DNA of 63,908 nt, the filler included, from Blastocystis sp. subtype 4 (lineage: Eukaryota), in assembly GCF_000743755.1 (NCBI RefSeq). It is 3 parts of 3 records of this genome, joined end to end, with 100 filler letters (N's around TTAATTAATTAA, not from the genome) between each part and the next. Parts side by side here need not be neighbours in the genome. Positions count along the whole stretch, not along the records: positions 48,836 to 63,908 come from NW_014569294.1; 2 more parts are not named here. One strand, written 5' to 3'. Positions within the stretch are counted from its first letter, which is position 1, and the number at the start of each line of letters is the position of its first letter. The position numbers were made by a program, and so were the translations under genes. Positions 50,013 through 62,517 of the stretch are shown here, in pieces. Under the pieces are notes generated by a model. That model searched no databases and had not been told where the DNA came from. It saw only the letters and a program-made list of their open reading frames with translations.

Positions 50013-51330
50013 CTACTTTCTATCTTCATTATGGTGCATTTTCCGGCGTGCCGTATCTCGAGCTTCTAAAGGGTTACGGAATTGCAATTCTTTTGGCGTT
50101 ATTCTGTTTCTAAGAAAAATATCACACTCCTACCTCTTTTGTCTCATTTCCTTCTCAATTTCCTGGGGTGTCGTCTTCGTCGTCACTCGTTCCACAGGTC
50201 CCAGAAGCCGATATCCTCGTTCAGCCAATACTTTCATTCGAAGATTGATAAGATCTCGATGTTCTTGAATCGTTGTTCGCTTCGTCAGGTGTGTCATTTT
50301 AGCACGATAACTCTGACGCCGTCGCTTGTAATCTTGAACAGGTTCTGGTCCTTCCTCCTTCTTATTCTCTATCTCTTCATTCACGAAAGGAATTATGGGT
50401 GTTTGTTCTATGTGCGATTTCCGTTGGATCACAGAGGAATCGCCCATTTGGACCAACTACAATAAATACATTTCAATTCATTCACATGTTCTCGTATCCG
50501 GTGAATTTCCACTTTTGCTAAGTATTTCCATAGTTGTAAGATAAATGTCTATGAGTCAGTGTCAACATATAACAAAAACGCGTGTTTGTGATCCTAGAAA
50601 CATTTGCAACTCATTTTTCATAACATCAGGATGATTTGTACGAGGATTGAGGATTAATGCAATCACCATATTCACGAGATCTTGATCTTGCAAAACATCT
50701 AAACGAGCGAATAGAGTGGATACATGGTTGTCTAATCGTGGGATACCGAGTAGAGGCAGATTCACTTGTAGGAAGGATAGTGGAATCTGCTGCATTTGGT
50801 TGATTGTTTTCTCCATCTCAATTGGATCCATCCGAGAGAAATAGTCCAATGGAACAAGACTCTAAATATGAGAACAAAAACCAATCTAAACCATCTGATC
50901 CACAATAGGAAGTGTGGAGAAATCAATCTCCTCTGATGAAATGATATCGGTTTCCTTCTTCTTAGTCCAATCTTCGGTTTTCACACTTCGTAAGTTTGGA
51001 GCACTTTCATAGAAAAAATCAATGTCATCTTTGCAATCCAACTGCGTATTGTGATGATGAATGTGCCACTATTCGATATTTGTTTAAGAATCAATCTGTA
51101 CCATGTGTTCATCATAGTACCGCTTGCAAACACGATGTGATTTATCAAATGGACATGTTACATAGTCATCATCATCTGGAAGAATTAATGCATCTGGAGT
51201 AAGTTTCGATTCTGAGAGAAGGGATTTCAATTTGGTTTCGGCATTCTACAAACAATCATACTCCAACAGACCTTACCTTTGCATACTCCATCAAATCGGA
51301 AAGATGCCTTCGAATGTCGTCTGTTGACAT
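50013..51330 (-). CDS. SNRNP48: U11/U12 snRNP 48 kDa protein homologue with an internal PWI-like domain
   Basis: CPFDKSHRV..DEH zinc finger, FFYE, and DYKRRRQSYRAK..TKRT..RDLI signature. Confidence 0.85.
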
Positions 51331-51400
51331 TGCGTTAATCAAGAATTGATTGGAACCAAAGTGCCGGTCTAGTCATTCAAGCTTCATTTTCTCGCAAACT

Positions 51401-53323
51401 ATGGTGTCTTGTATCTCGACGTTAGATGAAAGAGAGATACGGAATCTGTTTAAGCAAGAGGAACAAGGTATTGGAACAGAATTGTTGTTTGATTGTAGTG
51501 CCCTATTTTGTTTTGGGATTGCGTGTGAAATCGATTTGCTTATTTGGAATTGTTCAAGTCGATGTGGATCCGTTGGTTTGGAACCCCAAGTTTATTGTAG
51601 TTGTTCTTCGTATCGAAATGTTCTAAATATGCTTCCAATGGGATATAGTATAGTAGGATGTATAAATGCGAGTATGATGGAAATGGACCTATTGAGGACT
51701 AGACGAAGAGATTCGCAAAGTGATAGATGGATGTTATATTGAAATATATTATGATGATTACAAGTAGTAGAGAAGAATGTGTGTAAATGTAGGGATTGCT
51801 TAGCTTATTCATCCAGCGACCAAAGTACAGTGATCCTTCAATCTCCATCGCTCCTTCAGGAGATGATGAAAGAGTACTTGTGGTTTCATGTTGTGTATCC
51901 ACTCCCGATCTATTATAAAGACTCTTCAGAATCGATCCGAATAGAAATAGAAGACAGAATCAAGAATGATCCATTTTGCTTCCTTTGTGATTCAGGTGAT
52001 CCATCATTCTCCTAATAAGAGATAGCTATGCTGTTCGAACCAACTTCTAAGGAAACACTCCATTGTGTTAAGAGTTGTGTTGGTTCCAACGAGTTCATCA
52101 ATCTACCATCTTACATGCAGTCAATTCACAAATTGGAATGTGTTGATGAAATTGGCATCGAGAAACCAGTCAATGGCATTCATGCTACTGATCTGAATTG
52201 TTATCATATCTTTGTTCACTCTTATCCATAGTCAAAAACTTCGTGTTTGATATTCTTGCTTTCGTTCCTCAATCCACTTCCATTTCTTCATTTCTTGATC
52301 AGCTTCGCCTTCATCTTCTCCACCAAACTCCTTCCTTTGATCCTACGTATCATTTCCTCATTCAGCCATATCTCCCCATTGCTCTCTCTCACACACTTAT
52401 CCAACAATCCTTTTATCCCTCCTTGCCACTTCCCTCTCATTGGCGAGAGGCTGATTCAGATATGACCTGGAGACTCGAAATGCATGTGGGAATAATGATG
52501 AATTGACATTTATAGAAGCGTTTTTCGTTGAAGTGTAATAGGCCCTATTTCAGGAATACCAATTCCATCTTCTATCAAACTCCAGCTTCCTCTCAGTATC
52601 CATTCTCTTATCCTTCTCTCTAGTCACTTACTGAATGTACACACTCATCTTCGACTACTTGATCATACAGCTTTGGTTCAAGGGTCCTATCGATACTATC
52701 ATTATGAGGCCGAGGACCGAGGTTGGGGCTGTGCTTACCGTTCTCTTCAGACTCTCTTCTCCTTCTTCATCTGCAATCATTATGTTGAGACAGTCGTACC
52801 TTCAATCTCTGAAGTATGCATTCAATACATCCCATCAGTAGATACAAGAGACATTGGTTCGGATCGGAGATAAGGAAGGGAGTTTTGTTGGTTCGCGTCA
52901 ATGGATTGGAAGTCAAGAGGTTTCCTTTGTATTGAGTACACTCCTGGATGTCGACTGTCGATTTATCGTCTTAGAGAAAGGAAGCGAGATTCGAAAGTAT
53001 TATCGTCGTCTTCAGGATCATTTTGTGTCTCAGGGAACTCCTGTGATGATTGGAGGAGGTGTATTGGCATTCACATGTCTGGGTATTCAGTGGAAGAACG
53101 ATAACAGTGATTGTCGTTTCCTGATCTTAGTAGTGAATGGAAGACTGAATGATTTGTAGGATCCTCATTATGTTGGTTCAGATGACTGGAAGGAGGTTAC
53201 TGAATCAAAACATCGAATGGAGGGATATTCAGGTTATTGCTGTAGTTGGAAGAGTTCAAAGGAAGTATTTGAAGACCGTTATTTCTATCGATTGTGTCTT
53301 CCTTCTCGTCCTTCAATTTGTTA
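51401..53323 (+). CDS. UFSP2: Ufm1-specific protease 2; stop inferred to be made by polyadenylation (genomic TAA at 53334-53336)
   Basis: YYHY..DRGWGCAYRSLQT, FVGSRQWIGS, TPVMIGGGVLA, LILDPHY. Confidence 0.9.
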
Positions 53324-53347
53324 TAAATGTTTGTAAATACACATGAA

Positions 53348-56300
53348 CTATACTGCCACTATCATTCCATCAAACTGTCTTGGTTCTCGCTCAATACCTT
53401 CAATCATTCGTTGTCTTCTTACTCGTAATCCAATCCACACAAGTAGAATTCCTACACCCACCACTCCTACGCACCATTCCACTAACTCCATGGATATACA
53501 CCTCTCTGATAATACCCAATTTGCTGTCTCCCCTATTATTACACATTTCCCGTGGATCACACCGATACCTCGATGATCCTTCATACAGGAATAAACGCAT
53601 GATTCGCCGACAGAACTGTCAGGACATAGCTCAGTCATTGCACAGCGAGGTTGCACCAGCACCACTCTAATCTGTGTCACACAACTCCCCTCCTCATTAC
53701 TCGCTCGGACCGAAACTACTAATTCTGTGACATTCTCACATTTAGCTCTTCCCAGAATCTGGCCTGCTTCTGTTATTGTCAAACCCGCAGGTAATTCCAG
53801 CATACTCTCGAATCGTGTTGCTTGATTCACTACAGTAGGGACATCAGTTTGGGAAGCTATGCCACAGGGAAACTGATACTCTGAACGTTTGTAGTGTAGT
53901 TGCTGAGGTGGCAGCAGATGACAGAGCGATCTGTCAATTGGTCCGAAACCCTCTGCTTCACAGCGTCGCTGCATGTACCCGCTGAATCCTGTGGGACAGG
54001 GGCAGGCCGAGACAGAATGGAGAGCAACAGAGGGAAACTGCTGGAGAGGATCACTGCAGAGAGGAGGAACGAGAGAGGGAGTGAGAAGTTGGACAGTGAG
54101 CCACTGGATGGAGTGAAAGGATTGTTGGTTGTGACTAGTGAGTTTAAAGAAGTGATAGCCAGTGATCAATGCTGGGAATAAACTGGGAACCATTGGATGA
54201 GAGAGATGAATAGGAGGCTGGAGATGCAGAAGCTCCCAGTGAGAGCCGTCACACGATCCCTCCAGAGTCCATGCGAATCCCACGGGAATACGAGAGAGTG
54301 TGAAGACATAGCCAGAGATGGGTACAGGAACCTTGTTGAGAAGAGAGAACTGAACAGAAGGGAGAGAGACAGATGAGGAGAGAACATGAAACATCCAGTG
54401 TGTCATCGTGGGATCTATCTCCATTCCTCTTAAATCACACTGAACATACTCACTCTCTGACTGATCATGATAACGAGTACATACAACTCGCACCTCCATT
54501 CTCTCACATCCACCAGCTGGGACATCTACACTTTCTCCGTGAGAATAATCATGACGCGTCAGAGACTCCTGCGCATCAGCAGTAGGCAGGTTCATGACGG
54601 CTGTGAGTTTGTCATTCAAATAGAGAATGAACCCCCCAGTAAATTGAATGAAGAGACGTAAAACGGACTGGGGATTTGTGATATGAATGGATGTGCGAAT
54701 GAATATGCCAATTCCCGAGGGTATTTCTGCAACAGGAAACTGAGACTTTTTCCATCTTGTATGATTCCAAGGAAGATCGGAAATGTCGATAGCAGGCCCA
54801 ACAACGTCGTGGAGAGAGAAGGAGTGCGTGGTGGGATCCTCGTCCAAGCTAGAGAACAGAGTGATGGAAGAGAGAGTACTGAGGGAGAGGTCAAGAGAAT
54901 GAGAGGAAGTGAGTGTATAGAGGGCTTGAGGCAGACATAACAGGTGACATTTCTTCTGAAAGGAGTTTCGAACTGAGTACTGCATCTCCTTCTGACCATC
55001 TGAGAGAGTAACAGTGGCCTCCTCATAACTCCCGTAGATCTGGAGACAGAGCCTTAGCAGCCATTCTGGACGCAGACATGCTTTCACCTCAATTGTTGTG
55101 ATAGCAACGAGGGACCCCTGAGAGTGAGATGAAGCTGTGATAGTATGTTCAGTAACACTCTTGGTTATCAATGGTTCATCACTGAATATCAGTCCTGTGG
55201 AGGAATCCAGTAGAAGAGGGCTTGGTAATGATGGAATCACTGAGAAGGAATAGCAATCTTGGCAGAAGGACTCATAGAGTATGGGATATCCCTGATAAAC
55301 AACGATACGCGAACTGTATAGTGATTCTATCAAATGAGAAGGAACTATGGATAGAGATAGTTCTGCTAACGACCACTGAACATCTGCAAGTATAGTGATT
55401 CGATAAATAGAAAGCAAAGGAATTGAAGGAAGAGCCAGAGTTTTGGAGAGTTGATGAGCAGGCCAAGTCAAAGAGGTATTCAGGAAGAGTGACCAACTTC
55501 TATTCAAAGCATTGTCTCTATCACCAGCACTTGTTTGATTATTCATTCCTTCCAATAAGAGACTCAGAGAGGCAGGTGTGGATGAGATTCGAGTAAGAGA
55601 AATGGCAGTAATGGCCAAATGGAGATTGGATGGAATAGTGAATAAGAATGAATGCATTGGCATGTATGAATGATACAAAGTACTCGAATCCTGATCAATC
55701 AGCGAGTCATAATTCCTTGAAATATTGGAATGACAAGAATCACTCACTATTAACCAGGATCTCATGAGTAACATTACAACACTTGTGCTTATCACTCGGA
55801 GATAACAATGGACTGACTCAGCTATCACTTGCATTTGACTCGAATCAGTTACAGTAAAAAGGATTCGATGCCATGATGGATCCTCTTCATTCCACTGTAT
55901 TACCATGATATCATTGTGATATAGAGAGCCAACTCCTTTGACTTGAATCATCACATCAACAACAGATGTCTGATCAAAGCGATAAGAGGGGTACTCTGTA
56001 GGTTCTAACGGATGAGGGATTGGAATACATACAACAGAAGGAGTGAATAATGTCTTATCATAACGATACGTACCAAGTACCATCCATTCCTCTTCCAGCA
56101 TTACTGCTATCTCCACGGATGATCCCTCAGACCATCGATCACATCCCTCACAACTTGCCTCTAGTGTCAGCATCTCTGTTGACACACACATTATAGACAC
56201 TCCTTCTCGTATAGTCTGCAGAGTATTCCCTGTTTCTCTCTCTGACACCTCCACATACTCCTTCTCACACAGTCCAGCACCACATACACGTTTCACACGC

Positions 56301-57724
56301 ACACGTCTATCCCTGCACGGTTCCTCTTCTCTCGTCAGCTGAGATCCATCATGACACACCAGACCTCGCAATACACTAAATGCCACATATCCTGTCACTG
56401 TTTCTTGGACCGAAATCGTGTAGAAATCTGCCATTCCAAATTCCTCGATGTCCAGAAAGATTTGCCGTTGATTCGACATGTCAAGGTCTGAAGCCGGAAA
56501 CACCACAGCATGCTGGGAGGACTGAAGCGAGGTGGCAGCAATCGAGAGAGATATGCGAAGATTCGTTCGTGAGGGTATCTGTAGATAGATTCGGTTCAAC
56601 GAAGGAATACTATTTCCTGATAGCCAATCGTTGCCATTACATGGAGTGATACGAGAATGAAAGATTAGCGGGAGTAGGAAATACTCCAACTTCAGAGAGA
56701 TGCAGAGAAGATAACCCTTGACTCTGAAGTGAAATCATGGGATCTTCAGGAAGACGAAAACAGCCTAGATATCAGTCACGACAATAATTGAGACGTTTTC
56801 CGTCAATGACTTCACCAAAGGAAGCAGCAAGATAACAATCAATTGAGCTGGAGGTTTGTGATGATACGACTTGAATCGCCAACAAATGAAAAACACCATC
56901 CAACTCCTTTCCTGGTCGGATAAATGATCTTGTCTGTTCGGTAGAATAGTGAAGAATACGCTCTTGGGAATCTCTTTAATGAATCAGATATATCATTCTT
57001 ACATTTGAACAAGATTATCACGAATCACTTCCTTTCCGTCCATATAGACGATAATGCCATATTGATATGTAATTGAAAGGGTATATGAAGCAACAGACCC
57101 ATGGGTTACCTCGAAACTACGACGAAAAAAATAGGATGAAGAGGGAAGCTTGGCTGGAAGCACTGTGGATGTCCAATGGTCATCTGAAAATGAGGGATTC
57201 ATCCATTCGGGCTCGAAGAAACTAGAGGATTTCCATTCAACATTTCGTGGAATTATATAGGGAACTAGATGAAACAAGTTGCAGAAATACATACGAAATA
57301 ATGGAATACTCGTCTTCTCATATCCTATGAGACTCGTAATCAGGATACTATTTCCATATTCACCTTTGAGTTCAACATAATTGACATGATACCACGGAGT
57401 TCCATCTCTATCCGTCTAATGGCTCATCAACAACTACTTGGTTTCCAATACTAACGCATATTCATCTTGGTCACTGAAATCAATACAAACAGAATTCTTA
57501 GTAATAAACCTATTAGCAAAACCCGAAAACGAATGAACCGTATTTCCATTCACAGTGATTGAAACGATTTCATTCTCTCCTTTCTTTTCAGAAAACTTCT
57601 CGATTTGTACTAGGAGCTGCGATGGCTCACAAAACAGAGAAGAAACACCTATAACTCACTGATAGATTTTTTCCTAACAACTAATCAAACAAATCCAGAA
57701 ACAAAAAAACCTGGATCCATTCAT
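53348..57724 (-). CDS. Large type I membrane surface protein with putative Ig-like (He_PIG) and galactose-binding/F5-8-like beta domains
   Basis: Signal peptide MNGSRFFCFWICLISC; PSLPSPLLLDSSTGLI and LPAGLTITEAGQILG Ig-like motifs; WTLEGSCDGSHWELL; Cys-rich modules; C-terminal TM followed by RVRRQR. Confidence 0.75.
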
Positions 57725-57764
57725 TAGACAATCATTTGTGAAAAAACAAAATGAAAGGAACAGA

Positions 57765-59194
57765 TTACAAACTATGGCTGCGATTTCGCGCAATGGCGTC
57801 CGTCTTACTTAATGCCTTCACTTTCTCTGAAGTTTCTCCCACTACAAGACTGGTATTCTTCAATTTTTTGTATAACCCGAAAATCCATTGATATGCATCT
57901 CGACTCTCAGCAAGATTCACATCTTCTACAAACGGACTCCGCTCCAGTCCTTTCAGTCTCCACTGCATGTAATACAAATGGTTCGGGTCCAAATCCCGGT
58001 ATTCGCGACGATGTGTCCCGATGTGCAGCAGGGTGCGAGCACCGGCTGCCGGACGCAATTGGATTGTTGGATAGAAGTATCTTGATGTGATTCAACCCAT
58101 TATGTTCTACCCTAACACATAAATGATCCATGACATGTTCCTAAAGAACTTAGGTGAAGTACCTGTGACAATAAGTCCTAGTTGAGTAACTGAATCAGAA
58201 CCCTACCTGGGCATGCTTCGAAAGACTGTACACCCGAGTCTCGAAGCATCTCATTGATAGCAGGTTGTAGAAGATGGGTGAGGTACTTGTGGGAATAGAA
58301 GGACAAATGACCATGAAGATGTTGAGGATCTTCCCAGTCGAATGCCTGATGACTACAGGTGGAGGAACCAGCCCATACTACACGACCGGGAAGATTGGCA
58401 CTGGCTAATAGGACTTTGAGCTCTTGAATCTAGATAAGAGAGATCAAATCAAGAATACCAATATGAATGGACATAATACTTGTTGACAGAACTCGATGCT
58501 GAACCCATCATCACCAACACCCAGATTGGCAGGCGTAATCATATACTTGCCATCAGGACGAGAACGACCTGCAGTAAACAAATAGCCAATGGAACGAGAA
58601 CGCAAGGTTTCGTACATGACGTTCCAATCAAGGGACTCAATACGTAAAACGCTGCTATTTAGATACAACACATCAATTCGCTTGATGATATGACGAACAC
58701 GCTTAGCAAAATAAAAAACATTCATCGGATTTGACATGTCTACTGAAAGGACAGTGACATGAATGTAAGGACGATACGCTAGAAGCTTTCTCTTCATTCT
58801 ATTGGTTACGAATTTCGAACCAAAACTACCTAAGTCCAACCTTAGTTGACTTCACACCCATAATTACATGGTAATTCTTTCGAACAAGTTTCCTTGCTAA
58901 ACAATAACCGACTGCATTATCAGCTCCAATAATCAAAGCCACTCGCTTTTCACCGTCTGACAGATATACATAGTCTTCAATCTTTCGATTGAACCATTTC
59001 ACCACAGAGTCTGCTACCTATCGAACTTACATATGAACTCTACTGCCTACATTCCGAAATGTTTGATTTGAGTACAAATAGCTCAGGACAACAACAAAAC
59101 CAGGTAGTGTCCAAATGTACTGCAATATCCATAGTAATATAATATTGATTGTATTACTTAGGAGATTACGAACATGCTTGAATTCATTTCTCAT
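57765..59194 (-). CDS. 3-ketosteroid reductase-like SDR (ERG27/HSD17B7 family), probably catalytically degenerate
   Basis: KRVALIIGADNAVG, RIDVLYLN, GRVVWAGSS, FDWEDPQHLHG..FYSHKY, EACPG. Confidence 0.75.
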
Positions 59195-59272
59195 CGTTTA
59201 TGTAATCTCGTACGGAGTTAGTGATTCTGTGAATTGCTTATGAAATAGGATCTGAGAAGAGATAAATCAGAT

Positions 59273-59344
59273 GCGCCGATAGCTCAGTGGTAGAGCATAC
59301 GATTGCAGATTGTGAGGTCGACGGTTCAATCCCGCCTCGGCGCT
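59273..59344 (+). tRNA. tRNA-Cys (GCA)
   Basis: Acceptor stem GCGCCGA/TCGGCGC, D arm AGCTCAGTGGTAGAGC, anticodon loop TTGCAGA, T loop GGTTCAATCCC, U discriminator, oligo-T terminator. Confidence 0.95.
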
Positions 59345-59436
59345 TTTTTCTTTTCGATTTTGCTTCATAGTACTATTTTCTTCAAGAAGAGGAACTGAAC
59401 AGTGTGCAAACAAACCAATGATACTAAAATATAGAA

Positions 59437-59828
59437 CTACAACTTACTCTCCAACTGGTCAATACGCTTTTCCAGCTGAAGTATCTCATTTCGTTTATCA
59501 TTCTGTATTGATACGATTGCATCTTGAAGATGCCTGTTGGATTCAGTCAGATCCTTATTCAAATAGTATATTCCAACCATTGAAGTCAACAAAAATCCCC
59601 AAAGAAATGGAGAAATCCTTTGAGAGAAGCTGCTTTTGCTCACCTTCTCCTTCTCGTGTTCGACGGCTTCTTTCACTGCCTTTTCTGCAGCTCTTTTCAT
59701 TACCATTGGAACATCTTCCGCAACCACTTTCACTGTTGGAACTGAGAAAGGTCTTTTGAAAACTGAACCTTAGCACATTTTGAGATAAACATACCAGTAG
59801 AAAACAGATAGGCTCCACGAGAAAGCAT
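59437..59828 (-). CDS. Small mitochondrion-targeted single-TM coiled-coil protein
   Basis: Presequence-like MLSRGAYLFSTGSVFKRPFS via a 26-nt intron; TM FLWGFLLTSMVGIYYL; heptad tail. Confidence 0.7.
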
Positions 59829-60015
59829 TACACCTATTTGTTATCGAGGAAATGAAGGTGAAGCTGAATCCGCTTCTTTTGGCATTCCTGAAAATGGAAC
59901 AATTTGGGTTTTGTCTATTCTTCATAAGGACTGCGCTTTTGAAGATTATTATCATTAGGTCTATTACAGTACCTCTGCTTTAGGGGATTGGGATTGTATT
60001 TCAACTTTCAACCAG

Positions 60016-62426
60016 ATGTTTCGTGGTTTTCACTTTTGTGGAACTGATTTGCCGCCAGAAGATGCGGTAAGGACTATAAATATCATTGGTAATATAGAAC
60101 GCTTTGAAGGTTGCGATTGACAAGGAAGGAGGAGTACTTAGAATGGAGATGGATGACGATGCGACTCATTTCGTTACAAATAAAGTTGGGTCAAAGGCTT
60201 TTTTTGTGAGTGTTTGTCGATCTCTATGAATATAGATTGCACGTGAGAGGAGATTGACGATAGTCCCACCCAAATGGGTGTATGACAGCATTTCATCTGG
60301 TTCATTAACGGATGTTGGTGATTACAAGTTTTCTTTGTTTCAGGGGATGGTTGTTACAACGACTGGATTTGACTTACGTATGGTGCGAGGTTGAAATTCC
60401 ACATAGATGAACGATACAGTATTCAGACAGCCTTAGTAACAAATGGGGGTATTTTTGAGCGTCAATTAGTGAAGGATCATACAGATTACCTGATTGTACG
60501 TAACACTGCTAGTGAGAAATACCAGACATCATTGGTGTGGAAAATCACAACTGTCAACGAGTACTGGATATCGGACTGTTTGCGCAATAATGGTATGGTT
60601 TCTAGTTCATAATTACGCATAGTTCTACAGAATCCCATCGACTATCAAAACTATGAGCTTATGAGTTCAAATTCGTTGTTGGATGCCGCTGCTAACCAAT
60701 CAGCTCCTCTCTCTAATGCTTCGTACTCCCAAACATGTCTCTCTAAGATCACTCCATTCGATAATGGTAAGGATCGATGAATTGATTCATTGTAGCATAT
60801 CTCACACCGAATACAACTGTGGTGCGTACTCGAGAGGTTGACAAGCTGTTAGATGGATATGTTGTTTATCTCTCTATCCATGACTTTGCGATGAGGAAGA
60901 GAATCACATCCATTTTGACCTGTCATTCAGCCTTTTGGTAGGAGTCTCTCCATGACTTTCTCCTAGTGTGGACTATCTAATGCCTTCTACCAATCTCATT
61001 GTAGCTGATACACTAACAGACTTCCAGAACACATTGGAGAGTATTCGACATATGGAATCAGTTCTTACATCGCATTCTGGATTCTCTATCACCGAATTCA
61101 CCCAAAATTCTAATGATATAAATTTGTTGTATATTCCCGTGGTTAATCGGGAATGGGTTTTAGATACACATACACGCTACTGTATATGCGAATATGACTC
61201 TTATTTATGGAAAAATGGAATATTCTCGAATCTAACATTCTATTTGAGTGATTTCAAACGAGATGAAAATGCAGTTCGAAAATGCATAGAAGCAAATGAT
61301 GGAACAGTGATTGATGATATTACTACAGCTGTGTATATTGTTTGCCCTAGAACTGTCTCAAGTGAGGTTTATTTGGATGAACGAGCAGTAAGCGTCAAGT
61401 GGTTACGAGCTTGTGTTGATAGAAAACGACTGATTCCACGAACCGATTTTGTCTTATATCGACCGTATCCCGCTCTATTGAGTTCAAAAACTGTTTGTTT
61501 AACTGGTTTTGGTCATGAGGATAAAGTCAGTATGGAAAGTTATATCGTGTATGTGTATGTCGTTGTATCAAGAATAGTGCTTTGGGAGGACGGTTAGAGA
61601 ATGCTGTAACCGAAAACACGTTTGCATTGATTTGTCAAGATCAAGTTCAATATAACAGTAAATTGGAGGCAGCTGAACAGCTGGGAGTAAAAATTGTGAA
61701 GCGTGATTGGATTGATTGGCTAATCGTGCATGTAGGAAAGATGCGTGACTTAGATTGTAGAAACAGTTCGTAGAAGTAGACAACTATTTGTTTGAATATC
61801 CTAAGAAACAGAGCGAGGAAATTGATGATTCTCAACTTCCAAAGGCTTCGGAGAATCTTTTGACCGAAATTGTCACAGTTTCTGCAGATATTAAACCAAG
61901 TCGTTTTGTGATTGATGGACGCAGTAATAGTGTTCCGGGAGACCGAAGTGATGGAGCTCATTTCTTGACAGATGAGAAGCCACCTGAGATCATCTACACC
62001 AGTTTCAATGAAATTCTGAATTATGATAAGAGTCCTGGATCTGGGAATTCGGTTTCTTTAGAACGTGAAAAACAGATCTTAGAAGCATCTCAAGGAATTC
62101 TGTCTCCGAAAACCACCAAACCTTCGACTTCGATTTCTTCTAGTCAATTAAATGAGTTAGTGGCAAATACCACTGTCAAACCAAGAGCTTTGCCTATGTT
62201 TGGTGTTTCTAAGCGACCGAAGATTGATTTGGATGCCATTTCTGATGAAGAGAGTGAGATTCCGACGGTACAACGTTCTCTCGTAGTGTTGCAGGAGGAT
62301 CTACCAGAACCGTGGGAATTAAGAATCGATTTAACATTTAGAACGAGCAAAAGGCCAAGAGGGAGACCGAGAACAAAAACAGGAAGTCGATCTAAGGCGA
62401 AGTCAATTCGTTCAAAAAAGAAATGA
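60016..62426 (+). CDS. Multi-BRCT protein, TopBP1/Dpb11-like
   Basis: Several BRCT repeats (FRGFHFCGT..THFV..PKWVYDS; FQGMVVTTTG..YWISDC; NREWV; SVKWLRAC; VCLTGF..RDWI). Confidence 0.85.
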
Positions 62427-62517
62427 ACAGATTTTATTCTTTTGTGTATCTTATTCTGTTATGTTTGTTTAAGAATCGACATGAAACAAAATTCCAATTG
62501 CGAATTGTTTCATTGGA

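Noticed and set aside
52596..52623. GTATCC-starting intron in UFSP2 as a second U12 intron
   Set aside because: Donor is GTATCCAT, there is no TCCTTRAY branch, and the 28-nt length fits major introns.
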